Below are positions 34,778-44,400 of a stretch of DNA of 64,000 nt, piece after piece. The notes below the pieces were generated by a model. It saw only the letters and a program-made list of their open reading frames with translations. It ran no database searches and was not told where the DNA came from. The translations under genes were made by a program, and so were the position numbers. Position 1 is the stretch's first letter, and each line of letters opens with the position of its first letter. The stretch comes from Bacteroidaceae bacterium (lineage in GTDB: Bacteria > Bacteroidota > Bacteroidia > Bacteroidales > Bacteroidaceae), in the NCBI GenBank assembly GCA_963600315.1, contig CAVCAW010000029.1:7919-71918 (forward strand), given 5' to 3'.

Positions 34778-34888
34778 GCCAAACAATAACGCTTAACATC
34801 TCTACTCATGCGCCATCTATGTGCCCTAAATATCTCCAAAGAGTCAACAACATGATGCTGCCCTACTCCCTAACCCGAAGAAATTCGT

Positions 34889-34896
34889 TAACTTTG
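34889..34896 (+). promoter_or_regulatory. Candidate -7 promoter box (TAACTTTG) for the TrpB-like gene
   Basis: Exact TAnnTTTG, 65 nt upstream of the ATG at 34961. Confidence 0.4.
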
Positions 34897-34960
34897 ACTG
34901 CGCATTTCACCAACATAGTTTTATTCAGACACAAATTATCATCATAAAACACATAAAGAC

Positions 34961-36325
34961 ATGACAAAACAAAAAAGATTTTTCCTCACCGAAGAGGAAA
35001 TCCCGACGCATTGGTACAACATCCAGGCCGACATGCCCAACAAGCCCCTGCCAATGCTCAACCCCGCCACCAAGCAGCCCGTGAAGGCCGAAGACCTCTT
35101 CCCGGTGTTTGCCGAAGAGCTGTGCCGCCAAGAGCTCAACACCGTCGACCCTTGGATACACATTCCAGAGCCGGTCAGAGACATGTATAAGTACTATCGC
35201 TCCACCCCATTGGTGAGAGCCTACGGCCTGGAGCAGGCACTCGGCACGCCCGCCCACATCTACTTCAAAAACGAGAGCGTCAGTCCCGTGGGGAGCCACA
35301 AACTCAATTCGGCCATACCACAGGCATACTATTGCAAACAACAAGGCATCACCAACGTGACCACCGAGACAGGAGCCGGCCAGTGGGGAGCCGCCCTCTC
35401 CTATGCCGCCAGCGTCTTCGGACTCAACTGCACCGTCTTCCAAGTGAAGATATCCTATCAGCAGAAGCCCTACCGCCGCAGCATCATGGAGACCTACGGC
35501 GCTGAGGTACACCCCTCGCCCTCTGACGTGACCAAGGTGGGACGCGCAGTGCTCGCCAAGGACCCCGACAACCGCGGTTCGCTCGGCACAGCCATCTCCG
35601 AAGCCCTCGAGCGCGCCTTGGAGACACCCAACTGCCGCTACGTGCTCGGCTCGGTGCTCAACCACGTGTCGCTCCATCAAACCGTCATCGGACTTGAGGC
35701 TGAGAAGCAGATGGAGAAAGCCGGCGAATATCCCGACATCGTCATCGCCTGCTTTGGCGGTGGCAGCAACTTCGGCGGCTGCGCCTTCCCCTTCATGCGC
35801 CACAACTTCCTCGACGGCAAGAAGACCCGCTTCATTGCAGCCGAACCCACCTGCGCCCCCAAGCTCACACGCGGCATCTTCCAGTATGACTTCGGCGACC
35901 TGGCAGGCACCACACCGCTCATACCGATGTATACCCTCGGCCACGACTTCATGCCAGCCAGCATCCATGCCGGCGGACTGAGGTTCCACGGCGCAGGTTC
36001 CATCGTGAGCCAGCTCATCAAGGACAACATCATGGAGGCTGTCGACATAGCCCAGACCGAGACATTCCGCGCTGCCACCATTTTCGCCAAGGCCGAGGGC
36101 ATCATTCCCGCCCCCGAGAGCAGCCACGCCATAGCCGCCGCCATACGCGAGGCTATCAAGTGCAAGGAGACTGGCGAGGAGAAGGTAATACTCTTCAACC
36201 TCTCGGGCCACGGCCTTATCGATATGACAGCCTACGACCAATACCACGAAGGTCAACTGCAAGACTACGACGTGACCGACCAGGAGATATCACAGTTCAC
36301 CTCGTCGCTCGAACATATCATCTAA
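34961..36325 (+). CDS. TrpB-like pyridoxal-phosphate-dependent enzyme (tryptophan synthase beta-like, TrpB2 type)
   Basis: 454 aa with N-terminal extension EEEIPTHWYNIQADMP, PLP-lysine block NESVSPVGSHKLNSA, TETGAGQWG and GGGSNFGG, typical of stand-alone TrpB2-type proteins. Confidence 0.85.
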   Translation: MTKQKRFFLTEEEIPTHWYNIQADMPNKPLPMLNPATKQPVKAEDLFPVFAEELCRQELNTVDPWIHIPEPVRDMYKYYRSTPLVRAYGLEQALGTPAHIYFKNESVSPVGSHKLNSAIPQAYYCKQQGITNVTTETGAGQWGAALSYAASVFGLNCTVFQVKISYQQKPYRRSIMETYGAEVHPSPSDVTKVGRAVLAKDPDNRGSLGTAISEALERALETPNCRYVLGSVLNHVSLHQTVIGLEAEKQMEKAGEYPDIVIACFGGGSNFGGCAFPFMRHNFLDGKKTRFIAAEPTCAPKLTRGIFQYDFGDLAGTTPLIPMYTLGHDFMPASIHAGGLRFHGAGSIVSQLIKDNIMEAVDIAQTETFRAATIFAKAEGIIPAPESSHAIAAAIREAIKCKETGEEKVILFNLSGHGLIDMTAYDQYHEGQLQDYDVTDQEISQFTSSLEHII

Positions 36326-36382
36326 CCTCCTCCGTAGAGGACAGGCGCACACAGCAGCCACTTAGCCACCTTGCGCCCCCCA

Positions 36383-36424
36383 GTGCGGAACAGCTTTCTT
36401 CTAAGCTGTTCCGCACTTTTTTTT
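36383..36424 (+). terminator. Rho-independent terminator after the TrpB-like gene
   Basis: gtgcggaacagc (36383-36394) and gctgttccgcac (36405-36416) form a 12-bp stem, followed by T8. Confidence 0.8.
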
Positions 36425-36490
36425 GCACCTGCCAAATCGCCTCACCCCAAAAAGCCTTGCCACAACTATTGTTTTATAGCTTTTCTTGAC

Positions 36491-36498
36491 TACCTTTG
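36491..36498 (+). promoter_or_regulatory. Candidate -7 promoter box (TACCTTTG)
   Basis: Exact TAnnTTTG, 24 nt upstream of the ATG at 36522. It lies inside the TTG-started version of the ORF, which argues for the ATG start. Confidence 0.4.
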
Positions 36499-36521
36499 CA
36501 AATCCAAAAACACACAAGCCC

Positions 36522-37370
36522 ATGAAGCCTATCACTAACCTTTTGCGCACACTACCACTGGTCATAGCGACAATGGCAGCCCTCGCTGCTACAGCCGACG
36601 ACAAATTCTACCAACCGCGCGAACTGATACAAGTGAGCGACGACAACGTGCAGATGGCATACAACCAGCTCTCCGCCAGCGTAGCCGTGCAGACCAAGTC
36701 GACATGTGAGTTCTACTGCCGCAGCCCGTGGCTCAATGCCTCTCTCGACGGCAACACCATCCACATCACCGCCACCGAGAACCCCCTCTTCGTGCCACGC
36801 ACCGCCAAGATTATCATCACCACCCGCAAGGAGAACGTGTCGCGCGTAATCAGCGTGACGCAAAATCCCGAGGCCGGCCACAACGAGCACTTCATACTGC
36901 CCGTCCGAGCCAACATCTACCCCATGACCGACATGGACCTGACCAAAGCCACCCACGACCCCTACATCAGCACCGTGCTCAAGAACCGCGCCGTGGAGAG
37001 CAACAAGCCCAAGCTCAAGAACAACACCTACCAAACGACCATTGGCACCCATGCGCCATCCTCGTTCAAGATAAAGCTCAACGGAGCCACACGCTTCACT
37101 ACCGACCTTGGCATTGATGACGCAGTCCTCAACAAAGATGCCAACAGCAACGGCGACGCCACCTACAAGATAATGCTCGACGGGCAGGAAGTTGCCAGCG
37201 GGCGCATCACCATAACCGACCACGACGCCGTGCGCATCGACATCGACACCAACGGTGCCAAAATCCTCGAAATAGTCTTCGATCCCAACGGCTCCAACTG
37301 GGGAGACCACATCGATATGGGCAACCCCCATTTCGAAATCTCCACCGACAAGCCAATACTGATAGACTAA
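36522..37370 (+). CDS. Secreted BACON-like + NPCBM-like carbohydrate-binding domain protein
   Basis: Signal peptide MKPITNLLRTLPLVIATMAALAATA. BACON-like segment (CEFYCRSPWLNASLDGNTIHITATEN...RTAKIIITT...VISVTQNP). NPCBM-like segment (TIGTHAPSSFKIKLNG..RFTTDLGIDDAV...YKIMLDGQEV...GAKILEIVFDPNGSNWGDHIDMGNPHF). Confidence 0.6.
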   Translation: MKPITNLLRTLPLVIATMAALAATADDKFYQPRELIQVSDDNVQMAYNQLSASVAVQTKSTCEFYCRSPWLNASLDGNTIHITATENPLFVPRTAKIIITTRKENVSRVISVTQNPEAGHNEHFILPVRANIYPMTDMDLTKATHDPYISTVLKNRAVESNKPKLKNNTYQTTIGTHAPSSFKIKLNGATRFTTDLGIDDAVLNKDANSNGDATYKIMLDGQEVASGRITITDHDAVRIDIDTNGAKILEIVFDPNGSNWGDHIDMGNPHFEISTDKPILID

Positions 37371-37389
37371 CCCCCCCACTCACACCACC

Positions 37390-38349
37390 ATGCCAACCAC
37401 CCTCCCACAATCCACCAAGACACGCATAACCACGTCGACAGCCATGCTGCCGTTATCCATAGCCTGGGCATGCGGACTGTGGCTTGTCGACACCGACTTC
37501 TCATTGATGTCGATACTGGCTCTGGTCACACTGCTGGTGAGCACCATCGTGCTGCGCGCCTACAGCAATGACGTGCAGTTCATCAGAGTGCGCAGTTGGG
37601 CAGTGTCGTCGCTCTTCATAGTCATCAGCGCTCTCGGTGCCCACACCTACGGCTGGTCGCCGCTAAGCCAGGCGGGCGGTCTGCTGCTGCTCACCTACAC
37701 CATAGGTCTGCTGCTGTCTCACACGTCCTCCACACCCCAGGCACCCGTGCTCGCAGCCTCCGCTTCACTCTCCCTGCTCACCATGATTATGCCGCAACTG
37801 GCATGGCTCTTGCCGCTGTGCCTGCTGTCGCTGCTAATACCCCTCCGTTCGCTCACGCTGCGTTCGCTCTTGGCCATAGTGTTCGGACTACTGCTGCCCT
37901 ACCTCGCCTTCGTGGGCTGGCACCTATACTACGGTTCGGCCAACGAAGCCCTCCAGGCTTTGGCAACAGCCGCCGTTACCTATAGTCTGCCACAGCTGTC
38001 GGACATAGCCGCAGTCAACAACCCATGTGACAACCTCGCCGCCCCCCATCTCTACCGACTGGCGATGTGCCTGTTTGGCCTCATAGGTATTGTCCACTAT
38101 CTGCACACGCGCTATGCCGACAAACTGCACACGCGCATCTACTATGCCGCCATCGTCATGCACTGGCCCGCCATAGCACTCCTGCAATTCTTCACCACTG
38201 GCTGTGACTCGCTGCTAGCCTCCCTTACGGCACTCTACGGCGGCATACTGCTGGCTCACTATTTTGTTTTCTCACGGGGTTGGATAGCCAACACCCTGTT
38301 TTGGATATTCTTTCTGCTATGCTGCTATTTGACATTTCCGGTTTTCTGA
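37390..38349 (+). CDS. Polytopic integral membrane protein of unknown function
   Basis: 319 aa with about 8 hydrophobic segments and no motif I recognise. Compact spacing with flanking same-strand genes. Confidence 0.6.
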   Translation: MPTTLPQSTKTRITTSTAMLPLSIAWACGLWLVDTDFSLMSILALVTLLVSTIVLRAYSNDVQFIRVRSWAVSSLFIVISALGAHTYGWSPLSQAGGLLLLTYTIGLLLSHTSSTPQAPVLAASASLSLLTMIMPQLAWLLPLCLLSLLIPLRSLTLRSLLAIVFGLLLPYLAFVGWHLYYGSANEALQALATAAVTYSLPQLSDIAAVNNPCDNLAAPHLYRLAMCLFGLIGIVHYLHTRYADKLHTRIYYAAIVMHWPAIALLQFFTTGCDSLLASLTALYGGILLAHYFVFSRGWIANTLFWIFFLLCCYLTFPVF

Positions 38350-38774
38350 TTGACTACGGCTATGTAGGCATGGGCGTGGCAGCCTTCCTGGCTGGCAGCG
38401 TTGTCCCCTTCAGCTCCGAAGCCGTGTTGACCGCACTCTACGCTGGCGGTCTCAACCTGTGGACCTTGGTAATCGCCAGCACCGTGGGCAACGTGCTGGG
38501 CGGCATATTCAACTACATCATAGGTCGCATGTGCAACGAGGGTTGGGTCTACCGCCTGTTTCGCATCAAGCCCGAGAAACTCGGCTCCACCAAGGAGAAA
38601 GTGCGCAAATATGGCGCATGGACCGGACTCTTCTCAAGCATACCCATAGTGGGCGATGCCATAACCATCGCCCTCGGCATACTACGCGTAAACTTCGCCA
38701 AAGCACTAGTGTCCATGACCATAGGCAAGACCGTGCGCTACATAGCACTCGCCCTCATTCTCGACAGCCTGTAG
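38319..38774 (+). CDS. YqaA/DedA-related small membrane protein
   Basis: The tracked ORF starts at TTG 38280. The ATG at 38319 gives MLLFDISGFLIDYGYVGMGVAAFLAGSVVPFSSEAVL...GNVLGGIFNYIIGR, typical of the YqaA family. It overlaps the upstream gene by 31 nt. Confidence 0.7.
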   Translation: MLLFDISGFLIDYGYVGMGVAAFLAGSVVPFSSEAVLTALYAGGLNLWTLVIASTVGNVLGGIFNYIIGRMCNEGWVYRLFRIKPEKLGSTKEKVRKYGAWTGLFSSIPIVGDAITIALGILRVNFAKALVSMTIGKTVRYIALALILDSL

Positions 38775-39032
38775 CAACACGGAGTCAAACCATGATTCAA
38801 GCCGGCAGTCCGAGACAAAGACCTCATAGACCGCCACCTCGACAAAATCATGAATGCCGACTAGAGGCAGTTCTCCATCGAAGACGGCGACTCCAATACT
38901 CCCTACATCAAGAAAGTGCGCATAGTGACCACCGTGACCTATTCGCTCAAAGATTAACCCGCCATCGCCCCCTCCCTACGCCACTCGCAGCAATGCGGGC
39001 GGCACAACAACGGCACTGCCATCAGTGCAACA

Positions 39033-39076
39033 CCAAAGAGCCGCCTTGCAACAAAACTTGCAAGGCGGCTCTTTGG
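39033..39076. terminator. Bidirectional terminator hairpin between the convergent yqaA-like gene and tyrS
   Basis: ccaaagagccgccttgcaa (39033-39051) and ttgcaaggcggctctttgg (39058-39076) form a perfect 19-bp stem. Confidence 0.75.
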
Positions 39077-39098
39077 TGTATATAGAGGTATTGGCGAA

Positions 39099-40388
39099 TT
39101 ATTTCACGATAATCAGGAAGTAGTTCTTCTTACCCTTTTGAGCGAGGATATATTTGCCGTCGAGCAGGTCAGACGACGAGATGACAACCTCGGGGTCAGA
39201 TAGCTTCTCCTTGTTGACACTCACGCCACCGCCCTTGACCATCTTGCGAAACTCGCCTTTGGACGGGAAGCAGTCAGTAGTCTCCGCCAGCAAGTCTACA
39301 GCCTTGGCTCCAAGCACCTGGTCTTTGGAGAGCTCATATTGCGGCACACCCTCAAAGACGCTCAGCAGCGTCGCCTCGTCGAGTCTGAGGAGATTCTCCT
39401 TAGTAGCCTTACCGAAGAGCAGACTTGACGCCTCGAGAGCTGTTTGGTAAGCTTGTTCGCCGTGGACGAGGGTCGTCACCTCTTGGCCCAGTCGCTTCTG
39501 GAGTATGCGCTGACCAGGGTCGGCATGGTGCTGGGCTATGAGAGACTCTATTGTCTCGCGGTCGAGCGAAGTGAATATCTTGATGTAGCGTTCAGCGTCA
39601 TCGTCGCTCACGTTGAGCCAGAACTGATAGAACTTGTAGGGCGTGGTGCGGTTGGCATCGAGCCACACGTTGCCGCTCTCCGTCTTGCCAAACTTCTTGC
39701 CGTCGCTCTTGGTGATGAGCGGACAGGTGAGGGCAAAAGCTTCACCGCCGTTGGTGCGGCGTATGAGCTCCGTTCCGGTGGTTATGTTGCCCCACTGGTC
39801 AGAACCACCCATCTGCAACTTGCAGTTCTTGTGGGTGTTGAGGTAGAGGAAGTCATAGCCCTGCAGGAGCTGATAGGTAAACTCAGTGAAGCTCAAGCCG
39901 TCGCTTGCTTCACCGTTGAGGCGACGCTTCACGGAGTCCTTGGCCATCATGTAGTTTACGGTGATATGTTTGCCCACTTCGCGCGCAAAGTCGAGGAAGG
40001 AGTAGTTCTTCATCCAGTCGTAGTTGTTGACCAGTTCGGCGCGGTTGGGAACATCGCTCTCGAAGTCGAGGAAACGGGCCAGCTGTGCCTTGATGCACTC
40101 CACGTTGTGGCGCAACGTCTCTTCGTCGAGAAGGTTGCGCTCCTGGCTCTTGCCCGACGGGTCGCCAATCATGCCGGTTGCTCCACCGATGAGAGCCATC
40201 GGCTTGTGACCGCAGCGCTGGAAGTGGCGGAGCATCATCACACCACAGAGGTGGCCTATGTGAAGGCTGTCGGCGGTGGGGTCGATACCCACGTATGCCG
40301 TGGTGATTTCCTTGGTCAGTTGTTCTTCAGTGCCAGGCATCATCTGGTGAATCATGCCTCTCCATTTGAGTTCTTCTACAAAGTTCAT
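39099..40388 (-). CDS. tyrS: Tyrosine--tRNA ligase
   Basis: 429 aa with the HIGH motif (DSLHIGHL), KMSKS-type motif (KFGKTESG) and a C-terminal S4-like domain. Confidence 0.95.
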   Translation of the reverse strand: MNFVEELKWRGMIHQMMPGTEEQLTKEITTAYVGIDPTADSLHIGHLCGVMMLRHFQRCGHKPMALIGGATGMIGDPSGKSQERNLLDEETLRHNVECIKAQLARFLDFESDVPNRAELVNNYDWMKNYSFLDFAREVGKHITVNYMMAKDSVKRRLNGEASDGLSFTEFTYQLLQGYDFLYLNTHKNCKLQMGGSDQWGNITTGTELIRRTNGGEAFALTCPLITKSDGKKFGKTESGNVWLDANRTTPYKFYQFWLNVSDDDAERYIKIFTSLDRETIESLIAQHHADPGQRILQKRLGQEVTTLVHGEQAYQTALEASSLLFGKATKENLLRLDEATLLSVFEGVPQYELSKDQVLGAKAVDLLAETTDCFPSKGEFRKMVKGGGVSVNKEKLSDPEVVISSSDLLDGKYILAQKGKKNYFLIIVK

Positions 40389-40436
40389 CGTCTTGTATTA
40401 TTCTGTATTTTAGTTGAAAGAGCTTATATTAATGTG

Positions 40437-40444
40437 CAAAGTTA
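40437..40444 (-). promoter_or_regulatory. Candidate -7 promoter box (TAACTTTG on minus strand) for tyrS
   Basis: Exact TAnnTTTG, 49 nt upstream of the ATG at 40388. Confidence 0.45.
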
Positions 40445-40520
40445 CACAATCTTATCCCAATAAGCTGTGGCAATGGTGCGAAATGTTGGTTTTGACCATT
40501 GGGGTGGTTGACCGGACTCA

Positions 40521-40608
40521 TGCGTTTCCGCCGAAATTGATATGCGTTTCGGGCGAAACCGATATCAATTTCCGCGGAAATTGACAACCGTTTCGGCGGA
40601 AACGCAAT
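40521..40608. repeat. Phased 22-bp repeat array, copy 2 (cores TTTCSGSSGAAA)
   Basis: TTTCCGCCGAAA (40525), TTTCGGGCGAAA (40547), TTTCCGCGGAAA (40569) and TTTCGGCGGAAA (40591), with exact 22-nt spacing. Cores 1 and 4 are exact reverse complements. Confidence 0.9.
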
Positions 40609-40648
40609 CGTCGTCTCAATCTCCGCAGAGAGCAGAGTGCGCTGAAAT

Positions 40649-41338
40649 TCAGCGAGATGATGCAAGGTCAGTCGTGTCGACGGAGATTGTTTGACCGTTG
40701 TTGCGCAATTTGTGGGCCTTGGCGAGGTGAAGGGCGACTTCTTCGGGGTTGGCTTTGTAGATTTTGAGTGTGCGCGAACGGGGAAAACGGTTGAAGTAAG
40801 GATCGGTGGTGGAGTACCACGAAGTCTGGCTCACGAGGGGGTGACGTGCGATTTTGTCCCACAGCTGGAAGATGCTGGTGGTGGTTGACACGGTGATGCC
40901 GGTGTGGCCGTTGGTGAGTTGGGAGACGCACACCAGATGGCGGCGCCGGCGAGTGTCCTGCGAGCTGGCATCGTAACGCTTGGACACGGTGATGTGGCGG
41001 CCGTAGCGGTCATTGATGTGCTGCATTATGCTGCGGAACTGCTCACCGTGGGGCGAGGTGTCCTTGATGCCTTTGGTGAGAATGTAGAGGTGTATCATCT
41101 CGTGGATGAGTATGTCTTCGTATTCGCTCTCGGAGAATTCGTGAAGTGTGCTTATGGAGATGGTGAGCGAACTATAGCGGCTGACAGCGAATATGCGCCG
41201 ATTGACGGTGTAGCTCAGACGACCGCCGAACGTGCGTGCGTGGCTCAGTCTGATGCTTACTTGCGGCAGCTTGCCACCGAAGCACAGGCTGTTGAAATGA
41301 TTGAATTTTTCTTGCAAAAAAGTGATTGTAGGGCGCAT
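40649..41338 (-). CDS. SprT-like zinc metalloprotease domain protein
   Basis: HEMIH zinc-binding motif (ILIHEMIHLYI) and an SprT-like N-terminal region (FNSLCFGGKLP). The ORF could also start 7 codons earlier, at 41359. Confidence 0.7.
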   Translation of the reverse strand: MRPTITFLQEKFNHFNSLCFGGKLPQVSIRLSHARTFGGRLSYTVNRRIFAVSRYSSLTISISTLHEFSESEYEDILIHEMIHLYILTKGIKDTSPHGEQFRSIMQHINDRYGRHITVSKRYDASSQDTRRRRHLVCVSQLTNGHTGITVSTTTSIFQLWDKIARHPLVSQTSWYSTTDPYFNRFPRSRTLKIYKANPEEVALHLAKAHKLRNNGQTISVDTTDLASSR

Positions 41339-41417
41339 ATATTCATCTATTTGACACAAAGATAGCTGTTTTATGCAAAATAAAGCAATGGACAGGGGCG
41401 TATATGTAAGAAATAAT

Positions 41418-41425
41418 TACTTTTG
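41418..41425 (+). promoter_or_regulatory. Candidate -7 promoter box (TACTTTTG) for the peptidase gene
   Basis: Exact TAnnTTTG. It overlaps the TTG start proposed by the ORF track (41423), so a downstream ATG is more likely. Confidence 0.4.
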
Positions 41426-41482
41426 CGTGTCTGCATGTCGGACAACAAAAAGAAAAGAGACCCACTAAAGAACCTAACGGCT

Positions 41483-44400
41483 ATGAGATTTATGAAATTG
41501 CTGGCGGCAGCGCTACTGCTGGCAGCGGGCAGTGCGACCGCTCAAGACTTCAAGGTAGACTACACTAAATATCCCGACGCTAACCCCTTGGGGGGACAAA
41601 ACGGCAGCAATGGCTACAATGCCAAAGGGACAACGCAAGGCGCAGCGCGGAGCGCAAGCTACAGAAGCACCAAGACGCGCCCCGACCATGTCAACAATGC
41701 TCTGACCAAGTTCTACCCACCAGTGTTCAACCAAGACGGCGGTTCGTGTGGGTCGGCTCAGGCGGTGGCCTACTGCATGACCTACGAAATGAATTCGTAT
41801 CGCAATGCCGATGCGTCGTATGCTGAGAACCAACTACCCACTCACTTCACTTGGCTCCACACCTATGCCGGCATCGAGAAATATCCCATAATGAACAAGC
41901 ACGGTGTGCCCAACGTGACCGACTATGGCGGCCGCACCTACAGTTCGCTGTTTGGCAACCAAGACACAGGGAGCCAGCACTATGGCTACATGCAGGGCTA
42001 TGACAAGTGGTACAGAGCCATGTTCAACCGCACGGTGGGCGGCGACACCTACTGCTCGGAGGGGCAGATGACTGAGGTGGGACGCGAGGAACTCAAGCAG
42101 TGGCTATGGAATCACTGGGGCGACGAGTCGTTTTATGCCGGCGGAGTGTCGGGCATAGGCGTGGCGAGCGGTGGTCAGTGGGGAAAGATTCCGTCGACTG
42201 CCACCAACAAGTCAATAGGCGTGGCAGGCATGTACTGCGTGAGCAGCTGGGGAAAGACTTATGACCACGCTCTCTCAGTAGTGGGCTACGACGACCGCAT
42301 AGAGTTTGACCTCGACTCCAACGGGGTCTATGGCGAAGAGGACAAAGACGAGAAGGGCGCCTGGATTATCTGCAATTCGTGGGGCGACGGGTGGTGTAAC
42401 AAGGGTTTCATCTACTGCCCCTACAAGTATAGCGTGGCGGTGGGTACTACCGTATCGCCCTGGAACTCGGGCCACTACACGTGGCGCAAAGACTATGAGC
42501 CCAAGCGCGTGCTCAAGATAGTGATGGACTATAGCCGCCGCTCCGAACTGAGCTTCTGCGCCGGAGTGTCGAGCGACACCACCGACACCAAGCCTGAGTC
42601 GAGCGAGGTGATGCCATTCTTCAACTATGCCGGCGACGGCAAGAAGCAGACGCCTGCGCCCGAGGTGCCCATGCTGGGCAAGTGGCGCACGCAGTTTAAC
42701 TATGACCCGATGGAGTTTGGCTATGACGTGACTGACCTTACTGAAAGCTACGACCTGTCGAAACCGCTGAAATACTTCTTTGTCATCAACTCACGCTCGA
42801 CAGCCGTAGGCAATGGCCACATCTACAAGATGTCGCTCATGGACTATGGCATAGAGGAAGACGGCATGGAGATTGCCGCCCGCATAGACACGGTGGACAT
42901 ACTCAACGGCGGCAAGACGACCATTGTGGCTGTCACCGTGGCAGGACGCCAACTCTACGCTCCGCTCAACACCTCGCTGGCGGGCAACAAATTGACGTGG
43001 AGCACACCAAAGCCGTCAAGCTACGACATTTCTCACTATAATGTCTACAAAGGCAGCCTGAAGGTGGCGGAGGTGCCGGCAATCAGCCATTCATACACTG
43101 TGGACGACCAAACTGCCACATACTACGTGGCAACGGCTTATACCTACAAGGATAAAACACTGCTGTCGGAGAAGAGCCTGCCTGCCCGCAACGAGGCAAC
43201 CTACTCGCTCGGCAGCCACAACGTGACGCTGATGCTCGACACGGCTTCGGTAGCAGTGCCCATAGCGCTGAAAGAGAAGCTGCAGCAAGCCACCATAGAA
43301 TTCTGGATAAAGCCCAACAACATCGATGGTAGCAGCAACCAGATAGGCAAGGCGTGGGGGACGTTTAACATAGCGGTGAGCAAGAGCGGACAACTCATGT
43401 GTGGGTGGGACACTTCAAACCGCATCACCACATCTGCCAACAGCATTCAGGCAGGCAAATGGTACCACGTGGCAGTCGTGGTGGACCACAACGTGCTCAC
43501 GCTCTACATCAACGGAATGAAGAGGGGTGTGCTGACCTCTACGTCCTACAGCGGACTGCCAGCTATGGACGAGCTATGCTTCGGCGCCGCTGGCGGATTT
43601 ATGGATGCCGAGATTGACGAATTCCGCCTGTGGTCAACGGCACGCACACAGAAAGACATCTTTACCAACAAAAACACCTATATCAGTTCTCCATCATCAC
43701 AGCCACAACTGATGGTCTACTACCCCATGGAGACTTATGAAGACGGAGGCGTGCTCTACCTCAAGGACTTAGCTTTGGGCTACGACGCTCCGCTAAGCAA
43801 AGCCACACAGGGCAGCGACGAAACACTGATGACCAATGCCAATGTGCTGAAGACGACTAGCTTCAGCTGCCTGAGCAACGTGATATATGCCGGCGAACCA
43901 GTGCAGTTCAAGTCGGAGTCGTCGCTCAACACTGTGAAGTGGAACTGGTCGGTCAAGAACCAGACCGGCATGAGCAGCAACATTGCCAACCCATACTTCA
44001 CATTTACGGCAGCCGGCAAATATCAACTGACACTCAACACAGAGGACCGCGAAGGCGACAAGGCAGAGTATACGGACACGGTGACGGTGATCAACCCCGA
44101 GGCACCCAAAGCCGACTTCGACATAGCCACCGACACTCTCGCAGAGGGCGAGATGTTTAACCTGGGCAACAAGTCGACTGGAGCCAACTGCACCTACACG
44201 TGGACTATGCCCGGTGCTGACAACGAGGAAATCAAGAGCGTCAATGCCCGCGTGAGCTACAGCAGCACGGGAGTCTACCCCGTAACCCTCACCGCCACCA
44301 ACGCTGGCGGCAGCGACAAGATAACCAAATACGTAGTGGTGACCCACACCGTGCCGGGCGTGGACTTCACCGTAGACCCCGACTTCATCGTGCTGGGCAA

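Noticed and set aside
5603-34960. Calling the pilus cluster a mobile genomic island
   Set aside because: No integrase, transposase, conjugation genes or clear flanking direct repeats are present. Low-GC borders and ATPase relics are suggestive but insufficient. The shared 8-nt word gttctaag at 4400 and 33283 is within chance expectation.
34925-36262. 445-aa minus-strand ORF
   Set aside because: It is antisense to the TrpB-like gene, Gly/Ala/Val/His-rich, and without motifs.
36552-37379. 275-aa minus-strand ORF
   Set aside because: It is antisense to the BACON/NPCBM-like gene and has a Gly/Val-rich shadow composition.
38878-38958. Short frame reading ...EDGDSNTPYIKKVRIVTTVTYSLKD-stop, which looks like the C-terminal strand of a lost gene
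   Set aside because: In-frame stops lie immediately upstream, so there is no start. It is at most an unidentifiable gene remnant.
38459-39085. 208-aa plus-strand ORF overlapping the yqaA-like gene and running into the spacer
   Set aside because: It is out of frame with the recognisable YqaA-family protein, is Arg/His/Gln-rich and junk-like, and runs through the bidirectional terminator.
39444-40463. 339-aa plus-strand ORF
   Set aside because: It is antisense to tyrS, a shadow ORF.
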